Assembly (NCBI RefSeq): GCF_036365525.1
Contig: NC_090404.1
Coordinates: 7,812,001 to 7,876,000 of the forward strand
DNA from: Heterodontus francisci
Lineage: Eukaryota
Direction of reading: 5' to 3'
DNA: 64,000 nucleotides
Shown here: positions 63,210 through 64,000 of the stretch, one piece after another
Layout of the letters: every line of letters starts with the position of its first letter
How positions within the stretch are numbered: the first letter of the stretch is position 1
Notes under the pieces: generated by a model
What the model saw: only the letters and a program-made list of their open reading frames with translations
What the model was told of the DNA's origin: nothing
Database searches by the model: none
Translations under genes and position numbers: made by a program

Positions 63210-63551
63210 CGGCTGTGATCGTCACCACCGTCCCGGATCCATCCACGTATCTAGTATCCACCCCAGTGCCGTCGTACTCAGCTTTACAGTAATAGGTGGC
63301 GCTGTCTTCAACTCTCACATCTCCAATTTTCAGGGAAAATGTCTTTTCTGCCTTATTCACCGACACAACAAATCACCCCCCGTCGGAGATCCGCTCCCAC
63401 TCCGTCCCGGTCTGGGTTTGTCTGAAGAAATGTCCATTTTTGAAATAATGGCATGAATTACCGGAGGAAAAAACACAGGTGATGGTGAGAGACTGGCACT
63501 CCATCCTGGTCACCGCTGCCGGGATCTGGTTCACTGACTGACTTAAAGAGT
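63210..63551 (-). pseudogene. Second germline-joined NAR-TCR VDJ exon (342 nt) with an in-frame stop
   Basis: Same CDR3/J and splice sites as 62085-62426. CGA has become TGA at 63373-63375 (ISDGG*F). Confidence 0.9.
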
Positions 63552-64000
63552 CTGGAAATTAATCAGAGAGAGTTTAATGGGCCATCAGCGCCGAAAAACA
63601 CAACTGGTTAATACCCCTGATTTAGCCTGAGTCTCCCAGGCCCGACCGTTATTAAACCATCTGTCCCTTCCGGACTCAATCTTATCCGGATCGGTACTCT
63701 ACTCTACAGCTTTGATTTATCTTTACAAATTTACTAAATTAGCATTGGGATTATATTTTATCCCCTATTTAACTGTTGGTATCGGATAGGCCGCTAAAGG
63801 TATTAAAGGGACCGCTTTAATGTTGGGTTCATTCTCCTGATACCTCATTCAAACTGCCCGACCCGGAATGAAATATTCTGCCTAAGGGGGAGCGCTGTCA
63901 CGCTCTCGCGTGCTCACAGGGACAGACAGAGCTTCCTCAGTCACAGTGAACATCGGGAGTGGAGGCCGGTGTCTCGACAATCTGCGCTCATTGAAACCAC

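Larger units (their letters stand above)
61363..64000 (-). repeat. Tandem ~1125-bp units (61363-62489, 62490-63614, 63615 to beyond the window end); each complete unit = partial leader-V intron + joined VDJ exon + post-J intron
   Basis: 'ccctgatttagcc' recurs at 61363, 62490 and 63615, followed by colinear intron sequence. Confidence 0.92.

Noticed and set aside
62085-63551. Somatic rearrangement or retrocopy as the origin of the joined exons
   Set aside because: Two copies diverged at 13 sites share one CDR3, and intron sequence is retained on both sides.

Overview
Cartilaginous-fish (shark-type) genomic DNA from the V region of a T-cell receptor delta/alpha locus, densely interspersed with CR1-type LINE fragments and SINEs. 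The window holds four NAR-TCR-type cassettes (IgNAR-like V-D-J feeding a leaderless 'supporting' TCR-delta V) in two paralogous blocks about 37-38 kb apart. Each block has a decayed + strand cassette facing a - strand cassette. Four conventional TCR alpha/delta V segments (one open ORF, three pseudogenes) and a 2.4-kb 26/28-bp satellite lie between the blocks. The - strand cassette at 18.1-26.8 kb is an intact, unrearranged L-V-D-J plus supporting V. The main find is its paralog at 56.1-64 kb. There the NAR V-D-J is already joined in the germline (trimmed V end, N-like bases, D core, J; no RSSs). It has been tandemly duplicated as ~1125-bp units, each a leaderless 342-nt phase-1/phase-1 exon. 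These exons have also gained a CDR1 cysteine like that of a supporting V. This suggests (inference) a TCR-delta chain with three or more stacked V domains, or alternative splicing among pre-joined NAR exons. Both supporting Vs carry tandem arrays of 23-RSSs (63-bp period). Oriented CTCF-consensus sites mark each cassette's 5' flank. Coordinates of transposon fragments are approximate.
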